A stretch of 64,000 nt of DNA from Octopus vulgaris. Taxonomy: Eukaryota. The stretch lies in contig OX597824.1 of assembly GCA_951406725.2 (NCBI GenBank), positions 19,034,001-19,098,000 on the forward strand. Direction: 5' to 3'. This document shows, in pieces, positions 12,355-26,877 of this stretch. The translations under genes and the position numbers were made by a program. Position 1 is the first letter of the stretch. Each line of letters begins with the position of its first letter. The notes under the pieces are model-generated. The model was given only the letters and a program-made list of their open reading frames with translations. It did not search any database and was not told where the DNA came from.

Positions 12355-13143
12355 ATACAAAATTTAGAGGATTGACCACTAAAATTTGACAGCCTGTATG
12401 CTAGATATAGACGTCTTAATTGACTAATACCAATTTCTACCCTTATGTAATTTTAAATAATAAAAAAATGTTCTCTAGCCGGTAAATTGACTGCGGTAAT
12501 TTATTAATTAGCTTACCACCCGCTTTGGGCTGCGTTCCCAAGCAACCCGACTCTCGGGCCAATGAACACCGCCGATCGCCGCCGGCTCCGAATGGGCCTG
12601 GCACCCGCTCTGGGCAGCCCCGATCGAGGGGACTCCGAACCTAGCCGGGCGAAACGATCGACCGTGTACGACCCTTGCGCCACAGGTCTCGACGACCCGG
12701 CGCGGCCGACGAGATTCGGCGTTGGGCTTCATCCGGTTCACTCGCCGTTACTTAGGGAATCCCGGTTGGTTTCTTTTCCTCTGCTTAGCGCGCCAAAGTG
12801 AAGGCATTTGGAAGATACACATAAATATCATTTGTGGAACTTTATACAATGCTGGATTTCGGTCGAGCTCTAGAAATTGTATTTCGTAAACGACAGACTA
12901 TGCTGATGATCTTGCAGATGTTTATGCATTCATATACGAAAATATTAACAAGTGAAACTAATTAGTACATAGATAATCGGTTTTTTCTTTATTGCGTATG
13001 TTTTCATTTGTCTTGCTTATTTTTACGCTTTGGTTTTTTGCTGAATTTTTTCTTCGGAACACATTCTCCGTGGAAAATGGCGATTTTGACGTCTACATCT
13101 AGCATACAGGCTGTCCACTTTTAGTGGTCAATCCTCTAAATTT

Positions 13144-13148
<5 letters not shown>
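12355..13148. mobile_element. Non-autonomous TIR DNA element (MITE-like) enclosing a 28S rRNA fragment
   Basis: 12355-12415 and 13088-13148 are 61-bp inverted repeats with 3 mismatches; no transposase ORF inside. Confidence 0.8.
12510..12788 (-). rRNA. 28S: 28S (LSU) rRNA 5' fragment covering the D1 region; dispersed pseudogene, not a functional rDNA unit
   Basis: Reverse complement contains the conserved LSU blocks CTAAGCAGAGGAAAAGAAACCAAC, GATTCCCTAAGTAACGGCGAGTGAA and GAGTCGGGTTGCTTGGGAACGCAGCCCAAAGCGGGTGGTAA; sharp GC-rich island in AT-rich DNA. Confidence 0.93.
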
Positions 13149-13199
<51 letters not shown>

Positions 13200-13201
<2 letters not shown>

Positions 13202-13578
13202 CATGGTTCCGGGTTCAGTCCCACTGCGTGGCATCTTGGGCAAGTGTCTTCTGCTATAAACCCGGGCCGACCAATGCCTTGTGAATGGATTTGGTAGACG
13301 GAAACTGAAAGAAGCCTGTCGTATATATGTATATATATATATATACATGTATGTGTGTGTTTGTGTGTGTGTGTTTGTCCCCCTAGCATTGCTTGACAAC
13401 CGATGCTGGTGTGTTTACGTCCCCGTCACCTTAGCGGTTCGGCAAAAGAGACCGATAGAATAAGTACTGGGCTTACAAAGAATAAGTCCCGGGGTCGATT
13501 TGCTCGACTAAAGGCGGTGCTCCAGCATGGCCGCAGTCAAATGACTGAAACAAGTAAAAGAGTAAAAGAGAGTAAGAG
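13200..13578 (+). mobile_element. SINE family A, 5'-truncated
   Basis: Starts at acatggttccgggttcagtccc; otherwise colinear. Confidence 0.9.
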
Positions 13579-13585
13579 TATGCTG

Positions 13586-13645
<60 letters not shown>

Positions 13646-13987
13646 TTACTACTACTACAACTACTACTATTCTTTAGAAATTGTAATCTACAATACTGGC
13701 ATTAGTTCTACAAATTATGTACCACCCATAAAATGTTGGATACGCCAAAACTGGAATTACTGTATTTATTGATCCACGGGACTCTAAGATCAAGGACCGT
13801 CAGATGTGCATGAATTTTTTTTTTGTGTCCAGAATTCCAATTAATAGTTTAACCTCAGCGATGTCCACTACACAAGATGGGCTTCGTGATTCGATTATAG
13901 ACCGATTATTATCTTCTAAAAGAAAACCGAACAAAATTATTTGAAGATATTCTCATCCCGAATACACACACATTTTCATATATGTAT

Positions 13988-14042
<55 letters not shown>

Positions 14043-14044
<2 letters not shown>

Positions 14045-14189
14045 AATAAAATAGAACATATGCATATATATAAACATATATGTACGTACCTACCTCTACA
14101 TGTACATATACACGCATATATGTGTACAGGACACCAAAAAGACGTCGAACACATAGAGAGACGAAAAACATAGACACAAACCAAGGAAC

Positions 14190-14194
<5 letters not shown>
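14043..14194. repeat. Interspersed repeat in (TA)n, second copy at 35504-35754; probable Penelope-like remnant
   Basis: tgtacgtacctac ... acaggacaccaaaa(a/g)gacgtcgaaca ... catagacacaaacca is shared by both loci. Confidence 0.65.
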
Positions 14195-14220
<26 letters not shown>

Positions 14221-14226
14221 TGAAAC

Positions 14227-14271
<45 letters not shown>

Positions 14272-14507
14272 CACTCACTCACACTTACTCACACATGCAA
14301 GTCGTTGACCGCAGAGCTAATTAATTACTATAAAGTTAGTGACCACTGTCATTATTGTGATGCTAGATGTGATATTAAAAACTCCAAAATTAAGGCTGTA
14401 AAAGATAAGAGATGCGATCATGACATTTCTACTGCCAAGTCACGAAGATAAACAAACGCTCAAAGACAATGGCAGTGACTAAAGCTGAATCTGATTTAGA
14501 TCAAATG

Positions 14508-14509
<2 letters not shown>

Positions 14510-14576
<67 letters not shown>

Positions 14577-14852
14577 TGTTGTTGTAGTAGTAGTATTAGT
14601 AGTAGTAGTAGTAGTAGTAGCGGTGGTGGTGGTGGTGGTGGTGGTGGTGGTGGTTTAGTAATAGTAGTTGTAGTAGTAGTAGTGGTAGAGGCGGCGGTGG
14701 AAGGGTGTGGTGGTAGCGATTGTTTGAGTGGTAGTAGTAGTAGTAGTAGTAGTACTAGAAGTAGTGATGGTGTTTGTAGGGGTAGTTTGAGAAGTAGTAG
14801 TAGTGGTACTACTGGCGGTGGTGTTTGTGGTGGTTTTAGTAGTAGTAGTAGC

Positions 14853-14904
<52 letters not shown>

Positions 14905-15023
14905 TTATTGTTGTTATTGGTGGTGGTGGTAGTAGTAGTGGTAGTAGTAGTAGTAGTAGTAGTAGTGGTGTTATTGTTGTTATTGGTGGTGGTGGTAGTA
15001 GTAGTGGTAGTAGTAGTAGTAGT
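14510..15023. repeat. (TAG)n/(TGG)n compound trinucleotide repeat
   Basis: Direct reading. Confidence 0.9.
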
Positions 15024-15329
15024 ATTTTGGGCTCTTTCCGGATGATTATGAGATCGTTTGCGACTGTTTCTGTCGATCCCGTTCGATCAGAGTGACATTG
15101 CTAAAAATAAATTATGGATATATTCTCGATAACCTTTTTGATAAGATTACTCTATGAACCCGCATTCATCTTCGATGACTGTTTCAATGCGCGACCGCAA
15201 TTATTGACCTGGCCTTGTACTAAATAGTCCTTGTTAATTTAGGACATCATCAGGACAATGGCGCCCTTTGAGAAGATGTCTATGTGTCTCCCCTTCAGTA
15301 ATACTCCAAGTGTGGTGGTCTATGGGTTA

Positions 15330-15506
15330 AGGGAATAAGCTGCCGGACGAGATAGTGAAGAATGCCGACGACTGCGAGGTTCAAAGTCTCCCTTGACCAG
15401 AAATGGCCTGAACTCTTTGCATGAACACCACCCTGTACATAACTCCATGTCCCCCTACATGGCCTTGCTTTTTGACTTTTGAGCCAAAAAATTAACTTAA
15501 CTTAAC
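15330..15506 (+). mobile_element. 3' end of a CR1-group LINE
   Basis: NKLPDEIV and RFKVSLDQKWPELFA* resemble the WN.LP...FK..LD C-terminus; short 3' UTR ending in (TTAAC)n. Confidence 0.65.
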
Positions 15507-16109
15507 CGCAAATGGTTTCCTTGCCTCTTAGCAGATTGAATTGGCTTCTCCTATGTAAACATGGCTTCTAAGGATTGTTCTCCAGCGATGGCCCTCCTTG
15601 ATTTTCTGGGATTATATTGCTTTGAACCCGTTTCTTTAATTGTGGTGTTCTTTAGTGTTTGAATGTTTGGAGTTTTTTTCTCGCATTGATGAGCTGAAAC
15701 CTTCCTACCAGTGGCTGCCATTTCCATCACAACTTTGCGTTCAAAAGATCTTGCAACATTGTAAGTGAAATATCTCTAAGTAATTATTAAAAGCCCGTCA
15801 CATTGAACGTTGGTGTTCTTCTCCCCAAGACGACAGCCTGGTTAACCTCCAAACAAAATGTATACACATACACACACACATATATGTTCCAAAATTAAAC
15901 AGAAGGACTTCAAAGGGACAAACAGAAGATTCACTCACTAGACAGGATGCAGTTCATTCTTCCGCTTATTTAGATAATACTCTTGTAGCTAACGAGACAT
16001 TTTGACTCTTATTTCTAGCAATGCCAGTACCCCTGCGTAGCCTCTGGCTCTTTAGTGACTTCTATAAGTTTGCTTTAGGTTGTTAAATTGCTAATAAGCC
16101 ACCCATATT

Positions 16110-16505
16110 CTTTCCTACTCTAAGCACAAGGCCTGACATTTTGGGGGATGAGGCCAGTCGATTAGATCGACCCCAGTACGAAACTGGTACTTAATTTATC
16201 GACCAGGAAAGGATGAAAAGCAAAGTCGACATCGGCGGAATTAGAACTCAGAACGTAAAGACAGACGAAATACCTATTTCTTTACTACCCACAAGGAGCT
16301 AAACACAGAGGAGACAAACAAGGACAGACAGGCGGATTAAGTCGATTATATCGACCCCAGTGCGTAACTGGTACTTAATTTATCGACCCCGAAAGGATGA
16401 AAGGCAAAGTCGACCTCGGCGGAATTTGAACTCAGAATGTAACGCCAGACGAAATACCGCTAAGCATTTCGTCCGGCGTGCTAACGTTTCTGCCACTTAC
16501 CGCAT
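16110..16505 (-). mobile_element. Dimeric SINE family B with TSD
   Basis: Head-body-tail1 fused to half-head-body-tail2; flanked by TAAGC(C/T)ACCCATATT at 16095-16109 and 16506-16520. Confidence 0.88.
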
Positions 16506-16794
16506 TAAGCTACCCATATTATTGATAATCGGTGCTCAAGCATAGCCGCAGTCAAAAGACTGAAACAAATAGAATAAAAAAATATATGTAGATACATACA
16601 TACATACAAATATATAATAATATATACATATGTGTGTGTATTTGTATATATGTATGTGTGTATCTTCTTTCTCTCTTTCTCTCTCCCTCTATATATATGT
16701 ATGTATATCTGAAAGTATGTATGTATGTATGTACATATATATATGTGTGTGTGTATGGAAAAAAAAGTCAACTAGTGTGTTCCTTTTCATCCTT

Positions 16795-16868
<74 letters not shown>

Positions 16869-16912
16869 AACTTATGTAATATGCACTTGTGTTTTCTTAT
16901 GTGCGTGAACCA

Positions 16913-16982
16913 CCGGTCCGTGGAATAATTGTCTTGCATGAAACGTGTCCGTGGTGCGAAAAATATCTGTGGATGGCCACTA
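16913..16982 (+). mobile_element. Terminal fragment of a hAT-Charlie (MER1-like) MITE
   Basis: ccggtccgtggaataattgtcttgcatgaaacgtgtccgtggtgcgaaaaa resembles the MER1/Charlie3 subterminal sequence as I recall it. Confidence 0.5.
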
Positions 16983-17131
16983 GAAATTATTTTCGGAACA
17001 CATAATTCTCAGAATCGAGATGAAATATGGGAGAAAACTGACGGTGATTCCGAATTGTTGCGAAGACATGATGTGTATCATGTGTCTGTATATACATATA
17101 TATATATATATATATATACATATATATATAC

Positions 17132-17166
<35 letters not shown>

Positions 17167-17176
17167 CGTATATATA

Positions 17177-17474
17177 TACTTTGATACTTTGATAGGTTTC
17201 GGCCATTATTGGCCCAGGCCATGTCTAACTTAATAGCACCACCTGGTGAAGTCTTTCAAGTCAGAATTTGGGCACTATGGCCCACTCATGTAGAGAGTTA
17301 TTGTTTACAGAGACATATCCGGGTGTAGGGGGTTTATCCGGGATTTCTTGAAGGAATCTGTCCAGAGACTTCTTGAACCCTATAGGGTCAGTTTCTGTTT
17401 TAATGTGTTTTGGTGTAATGTTAAAGAGAGCGGGGCCAATTGAGGTGAAATAATTGTGCCGTATTGTTGTTATG
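17177..17474 (-). mobile_element. 3' end of a CR1/L2-group LINE
   Basis: Minus strand reads IRHNYFTSIGPALFNITPKHIKTETDPIGFKKSLDRFLQEIPDKP...PKF*; 3' tail (ATCAAAGT)n. Confidence 0.75.
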
Positions 17475-17719
17475 ATATATATATATATATGTTATATATA
17501 TATATATATATATGTATATATAAATCTTGTTTATATATGTATTTATATATTTCGTGGCAAGTCTTAATAGATTACGTCACGTCTTTACTCCTCCCTTCTG
17601 TTTTTGAAATATCTTCTTTTTTCTTTTAATTCTCACATATTTAGTAACAGGTTTGGTATATATACGTTTATCGAATTAATGAATGAATAGGACCTGATGG
17701 CAAATAAATTTGAAACAAA

Positions 17720-17740
17720 AGTAGTAGTAGTAGTAGTAGC

Positions 17741-17775
<35 letters not shown>

Positions 17776-17847
17776 CAGCAGCAGCAACAGTAGTAGAAGT
17801 AGTAGTAGTAGTAATAGTAGTAGCAGTAGTAGCAGCAGCAGTAGTAA

Positions 17848-17889
<42 letters not shown>

Positions 17890-17912
17890 CAACAGTAGTA
17901 GAAGTAGTAGTT

Positions 17913-17949
<37 letters not shown>

Positions 17950-18082
17950 CAGCAGCTACAGTAGTAGAAGTAGTAGTAGCAGTAGCAGCTGCAGCAGCAG
18001 CAGTAGTGGTAGTAGTAGTAGTAGTAGTAGCAACAGTAGTAGTAGTAGTAGTAGTAGTAGTAGCAGCAGCAGTAGTAGTAGT

Positions 18083-18146
<64 letters not shown>

Positions 18147-18185
18147 ATGGTGGTGGTGGTGGTGGTGGTGGTGGTGCTAGTGCTA
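17720..18185. repeat. (TAG)n/(CAG)n compound repeat
   Basis: Direct reading. Confidence 0.9.
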
Positions 18186-18437
18186 GTTTTATTATTAATG
18201 GTATAGGATGTCAGAATCGGCAGCGCGCCAGACAAAATGAAAAAAGCCTGAGGCCATTTTAGCTACCTCTATTTACAGGAGGGGAAGTTTTTGGGGGGGC
18301 GGGAGTGGGGGTCTTTTTTTTTTTTTTACTTTTTTCTTTTTTTCCTGAATTCAAAATCCTGTCGGAGTCGACTTCGTGTTGTAATCCTACTGGGGTTGAT
18401 CTATCTCATCAACCAACACCACCCCCGACTCTCTCTT

Positions 18438-18488
<51 letters not shown>

Positions 18489-18624
18489 CTAGCTATCTAT
18501 CTATCTATCTCTTTGTTTCTCTATTTCTTTCTTTCTCTCTCTCTCACACACAAACAGTCACACACACACACACACACACCAAAAATGTCTTACGTCTTGT
18601 CCTGTTCGTGCCAATGTCAGAAGC

Positions 18625-21200
<2,576 letters not shown>

Positions 21201-21687
21201 TTGGAAGCTGTGTGGATTACTCGTGTGCGATGGCTGAGGCTGAGACAGAGAAATGGCAAGGAAAAGGGTTGAAGAATGAAAGAGTGAAGGAACGTTTGAG
21301 GAAAAGGGTGGGGAGGGTGTGAGACGGGTGGTGGGAGTAGAAGTGTGTGGGGGTGGGGGATGGACAGGGGTTGGGGTTGGATAGTCGGTGCCAAAATGGA
21401 ACAAATGTCATCATTCTACAGTTTTTAAGACTCAGATAAGTAGTGTCTGCGTGTGTGTATATACTCTCGTTCCAGTAAGTGTGCATATGTGTGCGCGTGT
21501 GCATGCGCGTATGTGTGTGTGTGTGTGTGAATGTGTGTGTGTGTGTGTCTGTGTCTGTGAGTTTTTTCTATACGTAACCAGTCTATTGTTCAAGCTGCTT
21601 GTCCCTTCTCATATTTTGATTGATACGTAACATAAAGGGATGTAAAATATGCGTTTACATACGGACACACATACACACACACATATA

Positions 21688-21732
<45 letters not shown>

Positions 21733-21961
21733 TTATATACATGTATTTATGTATATATATGTATATATGTATATATATATATATAAACATATATATACAT
21801 ACATATACATATATACATATACATATATATGTATATATAGGTATATATATACACACATCAATATGTCTGTGTATATATGTATTACGGATGTACATATATA
21901 TATATAATGTACATATATATATATATATATATCCATACATATATATACATGCATTTATATA

Positions 21962-22015
<54 letters not shown>

Positions 22016-22423
22016 CATATACATATATACATATACATATATATATGTATATATGTATATATGTATATGTATATATATGTATATATATATATATATATGC
22101 ATATATGCTTATATGTTTGTGTGTGCGCGTGTAAACTATACGTGATATAATTCTGCTCATCGCTTTTCAAATGTGAGTAAAGTTTACATCTTATTGCACA
22201 AATGACAATAGAGTTACGAGGACGAAGAAAAAAAGAGAAAATGAAAGCAACGAAAGAATTTATCTGACAACCCAATATTAGTGAGGTGGTTTTCCTCCAA
22301 ACTTCCGACAAATTGATAATCAATCTCAAGACGGATTTTATGAAGCTCTGAATTATTCGATAGATTTACATTTTTCTTTCTGAATACACACACACGCACG
22401 CACACACACACACATACACACAC

Positions 22424-22457
<34 letters not shown>

Positions 22458-22517
22458 ATACAAAAACACAAACACACCGACGCACAAACACAAACGCATG
22501 GACACAGACACACACAC

Positions 22518-22558
<41 letters not shown>

Positions 22559-23034
22559 GTATACGCACAAAAATAACAATTTGTTAGAAAAATATCACAG
22601 TTTTTCCGTGAACTTAAGTTTAAAATGATGAGTTTTCGAATGGATGTGATCAGACACTGATGCTATCGATCTGGCAATGAATTTGTTTACCGTCAGATTT
22701 AAAATTCATAAATTGGTTTAATAAGTATTACTCTTTCTATCTCTCTCTCTATTTCTCTCTCTCCATTTCCCTCTCTCCCTCTTTCTCCCTACACGCGCTC
22801 TCTCTTTCTCTCTTTCATTTTCTCTCTCTTTTTCTCTCTGCAGTTACTGTCACACAAGCATGCTACCATACATATACATGCTATCACACACACACACACA
22901 TACATGCTACTACTCTACACACACACACACACACACACACATACTGACTATTTTCACACTCTCCTGTCCTAGAAAGCACTTTCTCTTCATTCCTTCTACT
23001 TCCAGTCACATCCGAAATGCAACCACACGTGTTT

Positions 23035-23195
23035 ATTGGCGACTTTCTTTCCTCCTTCGTCTTGGAGTTTCCCCTTTTTCCTGTTTCCGAAGAAGCGCTA
23101 TGCTCGAAACGTCAAACTACTACTCTTTTCTTTCTCTGAGCCTCCTATTAATACATTGCTTGTGCTACGACCACATGTTTGCTTGTTTTCTCTCT
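23035..23195 (+). mobile_element. Penelope-like element remnant with a minimal hammerhead-like motif (23083-23117)
   Basis: gttt-CCGAAGAA-gcgc tat gctc-GAAAC-GTC-aaac fits type I minimal hammerhead topology known from Penelope-like elements. Confidence 0.55.
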
Positions 23196-23504
23196 CTCGC
23201 TTTCAACCGATTCTGATGAAACTTGACACACACATAGCCCAATGTCATAATTCAAAACTAACGCAGCGAAAATTTTGAAAAGTTCCCCCAGTTCTGAAAA
23301 AAATCGATAAATTCGACATGGGGTCGACAATCAGAAACACGAACCACAAACTGTCTACGGGACGCAACTCCACCTTTTTTAACTAAAAAAAAAATTTACC
23401 ATCATTTTTTTCCATTTTTTTGCTATTTTTTGGCTATAACTCTCTAAAAATGCTTTATAGTTATTTCCCTTACAAACCTGAGCAACGCCGGGCGATACTG
23501 CTAG
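23196..23504 (+). mobile_element. Non-autonomous Helitron, 3' portion
   Basis: Subterminal hairpin cctgagcaacgccggg followed by terminal CTAG (23501-23504) and flanking T. Confidence 0.7.
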
Positions 23505-23536
<32 letters not shown>

Positions 23537-23628
23537 TAATCCAAACAAGAAAACACAAAAAAAACACACCAACGCGAGGACGTGGAATAAAGTATTATTG
23601 GACGCTGAGGAAAGAAGGGAAAAAGGAG

Positions 23629-23918
23629 GGAGGCGCAATGGCCTAGTGGTTAGGGCAGCGGACCGCGGTCGTAGGATCGCGGTTTCGATTCCCAGACCGG
23701 GCGTTGTGAGTGTTTATTGAGCGAAAACACCTAAAACTCCACGAGGCTCCGGCAGGGGTTGGTGGCGATCCCTGTTGTACTCTTTCAACACAACTTTCTC
23801 TCACTCTTTCTTCTGTTGGCCTGCTCGCTTAGCCAGCGGGGTGGCGTCATTTCAAGGCTAAAACAATGCGAAGCGCATTGTGACCAGCGATGTGTAACAA
23901 CATCTGATATCCTGGTCG
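23629..23918 (+). mobile_element. tRNA-derived SINE family C3 (head/body shared with 28579, different tail)
   Basis: A box tggcctagtgg, B box ggtttcgattccc; same body as 28581-28765. Confidence 0.85.
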
Positions 23919-24013
23919 AAAAAAAAAAATATATATATATATACACTTAGGTATACATAAATATATGTGTATACATATGAAATATGTCTATATGTATGCA
24001 CACATACACAGAT

Positions 24014-24069
<56 letters not shown>

Positions 24070-24180
24070 TATGTGTTGTCAATCGGTGATGGGGACAGAC
24101 AAACACAAATTCAAACACACACATATACACACACGCACACTCACACATGTGCACATACACACACACTCACACTCTCGCGC

Positions 24181-24211
<31 letters not shown>

Positions 24212-24460
24212 TGTGTGTTTGTTTGTTTGTGTTTTAGGGAGTCCTCTGGAAACTGGGGAGTCCTCTCCAGCTCCGAAAGACGTTATGCGCCTCAAGCTAT
24301 TTAAATCTGACGCCTTGTCTCTACTGCTAAGCGCTTTTATAGTTGCCAAATCAATGGTCACTCTATGATCGGTCAGACCTATTAATTTCCTTAAAAATAC
24401 ATTACTGCTCTAATGTTTTAGAGTATGCTTCTCTTTCGGATATATATGAACAACTGACAA

Positions 24461-24491
<31 letters not shown>

Positions 24492-24635
24492 GTTGTATTT
24501 CTTAATGGTCATTTTGCCAGTTTAGCCAATAAAAACACACGCACTATATATTTGGTGTTACTTTGCTTCAGTGTTATTTATTTTTTACATTAATCTTATA
24601 TATATATATCTTATATATATATATATATATATACG

Positions 24636-25024
24636 CTCTTTTACTTGTTTCAGTCATTTGACTGCGGCCATGCTGGAGCACCGCCTTTAATCGACCCCAG
24701 GACTTATTCTTTGTAAGCCCAGTACTTATTCTATCGGTCTCTTTTGCCGAACCGCTAAGTAACAGGGACATAAACACATCAGCATCGGTTGTCAAGCAAT
24801 GACGGGGGAAAAATACAGACACACAAACACACATACGCATGTATATATATACATATATACGACAGGTTTCTTTCAGTTTCCTTCTACCAAATCCACTCAC
24901 AAGGCATTGGTCGGCCCGAGGCTATAGCAGAAGACACTTGCTCAAGGTGCCACGCAGTGGGACTGAACCCGGAACCATTTGGTTGGTAAGCAAGCTACTA
25001 ACCACACAGCCACTCCTGCGCCTA
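24636..25024 (-). mobile_element. SINE family A, full length
   Basis: Complete head aggcgcaggagtggctgtgtggttag through tail. Confidence 0.92.
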
Positions 25025-25064
25025 CATACATATATATATATACATATATATATGTATGTAAATA

Positions 25065-25100
<36 letters not shown>

Positions 25101-25142
25101 TGTATGTATGTATGTGTGTCTGTCTGTCTGTCTGTATGTATG

Positions 25143-25307
<165 letters not shown>

Positions 25308-25722
25308 AGTTATGTCATGCTGACAATTCCAAAACAGGGTTGAAATGATGCTATACATGGATACCAACGATTGAAAGCTTTCAGAATTTTATGGAGTGTA
25401 GAAGACAAAAAGAAATATTATAACTAGTCTCTGTTGTAAATTTCTCAACTTATTTTTTTATGAATCTAGAAGAGATTGTCTCTCTTATAATAGTAAGTTC
25501 AACAAGACGCACTACACGTGTGTGAGTGCGCGCGCGCTTGTGTATGTATGTCTGTGTGAGTGTGTGTGTGCGTGTGTGTGTGTGTGTGTGTGTGCTTATG
25601 TTCGTGTGTATCTATATATGCATATATCAATACACACACACGACGACCTCTAGACAGCTTCCGTCCAAATTCACAAACGAAGCGGTGGTCAGCCCGAGGT
25701 GTTAATAAAAGACAGTTGCCCA

Positions 25723-26050
25723 AAGTGTCGTGCAATCGGATCGAACCTAGATCCATGTGTTTGCAAAGTCAGCTTCTTAACCACACAGCCATGTCTTCGC
25801 TTATGTCCACCTCAGACACTTCACATATGACCACAATTCTCTAATAATAATCCTCACAATTCCTCTTAGCTGGCTATTTGTGCTGCAGTGTCGTGCAATC
25901 GAATCGAACCTAGATCCAATTGTTTGCAAAGTCAGCTTCTTAACCACACAGCCATGTCTTCGCTTGTGTCCACCTCAGATACTTCACATATAACCACAAT
26001 TCTCTAATAATATCCTCACAATTCCTCTTAGCTGGCTATATTGTGCCGCA
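25723..26050 (-). repeat. Two-copy ~164-bp tandem duplication of an old SINE A head plus its 5' flank
   Basis: agtgtcgtgcaatc ... cctcttagctggcta occurs twice in tandem. Confidence 0.85.
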
Positions 26051-26661
26051 TTGTCCATCTGAGCGCATATTCCTTAAGGCTGGTCGTCTTTCTTCTGCTG
26101 TACATTTTGTATTTTTTTGGTTGTCACTTTATTTTTTAAGTGTTATTTTTTCCTTCTTTCGTCGACAATATTTCAACTGTCACTATTGCTTCTATTGTTA
26201 TTTTCACAAGTGTCTGTCTACTTTAAGATTAACAAACTTTTATTTTTTTTCTTGTCCATTATTCAACTTAAGAATCGTTGTCAGAATTATCTGTGTCATT
26301 TGGGCAAATGTTCCCAAAATACTTTTATTATATTCTTTCGGTTCTTGTTTCTTGTTTTTTTTTTTAGCCCTTCTACGAAGTAAAGAATTTGGCTACCATT
26401 ATTTTGGGAACCATCTTCCCCTTCCAGCACCACCATAATCATTTTGAAAAAGTAATTACTGAGATAAAATCCAGGAAGAAAGAATAAATATGAAATATCT
26501 TCCCTTAAATATAGAAGAATATGTAACAATGACACTTTTCGTTTCTTCCCAAGATGCTACCAAAACCTAAACGTCATAAATCTGATATACGTTAAATAGG
26601 GCGAGTCATAACAGAATCTGTTTCAAGACACTTCTTGAAATCCAGTAATAATAATAATAAC

Positions 26662-26753
<92 letters not shown>

Positions 26754-26786
26754 TAATAATAATAATAATAATAATAATTATTATTA

Positions 26787-26817
<31 letters not shown>

Positions 26818-26877
26818 CATTATTATTATTATTATTGTTGTTGTTGTTGTTGCTGTTATTATTATTATTATTGTTAT

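Noticed and set aside
12510-12788. Functional rDNA locus
   Set aside because: Only 279 bp; no 5.8S, ITS2 or downstream 28S.
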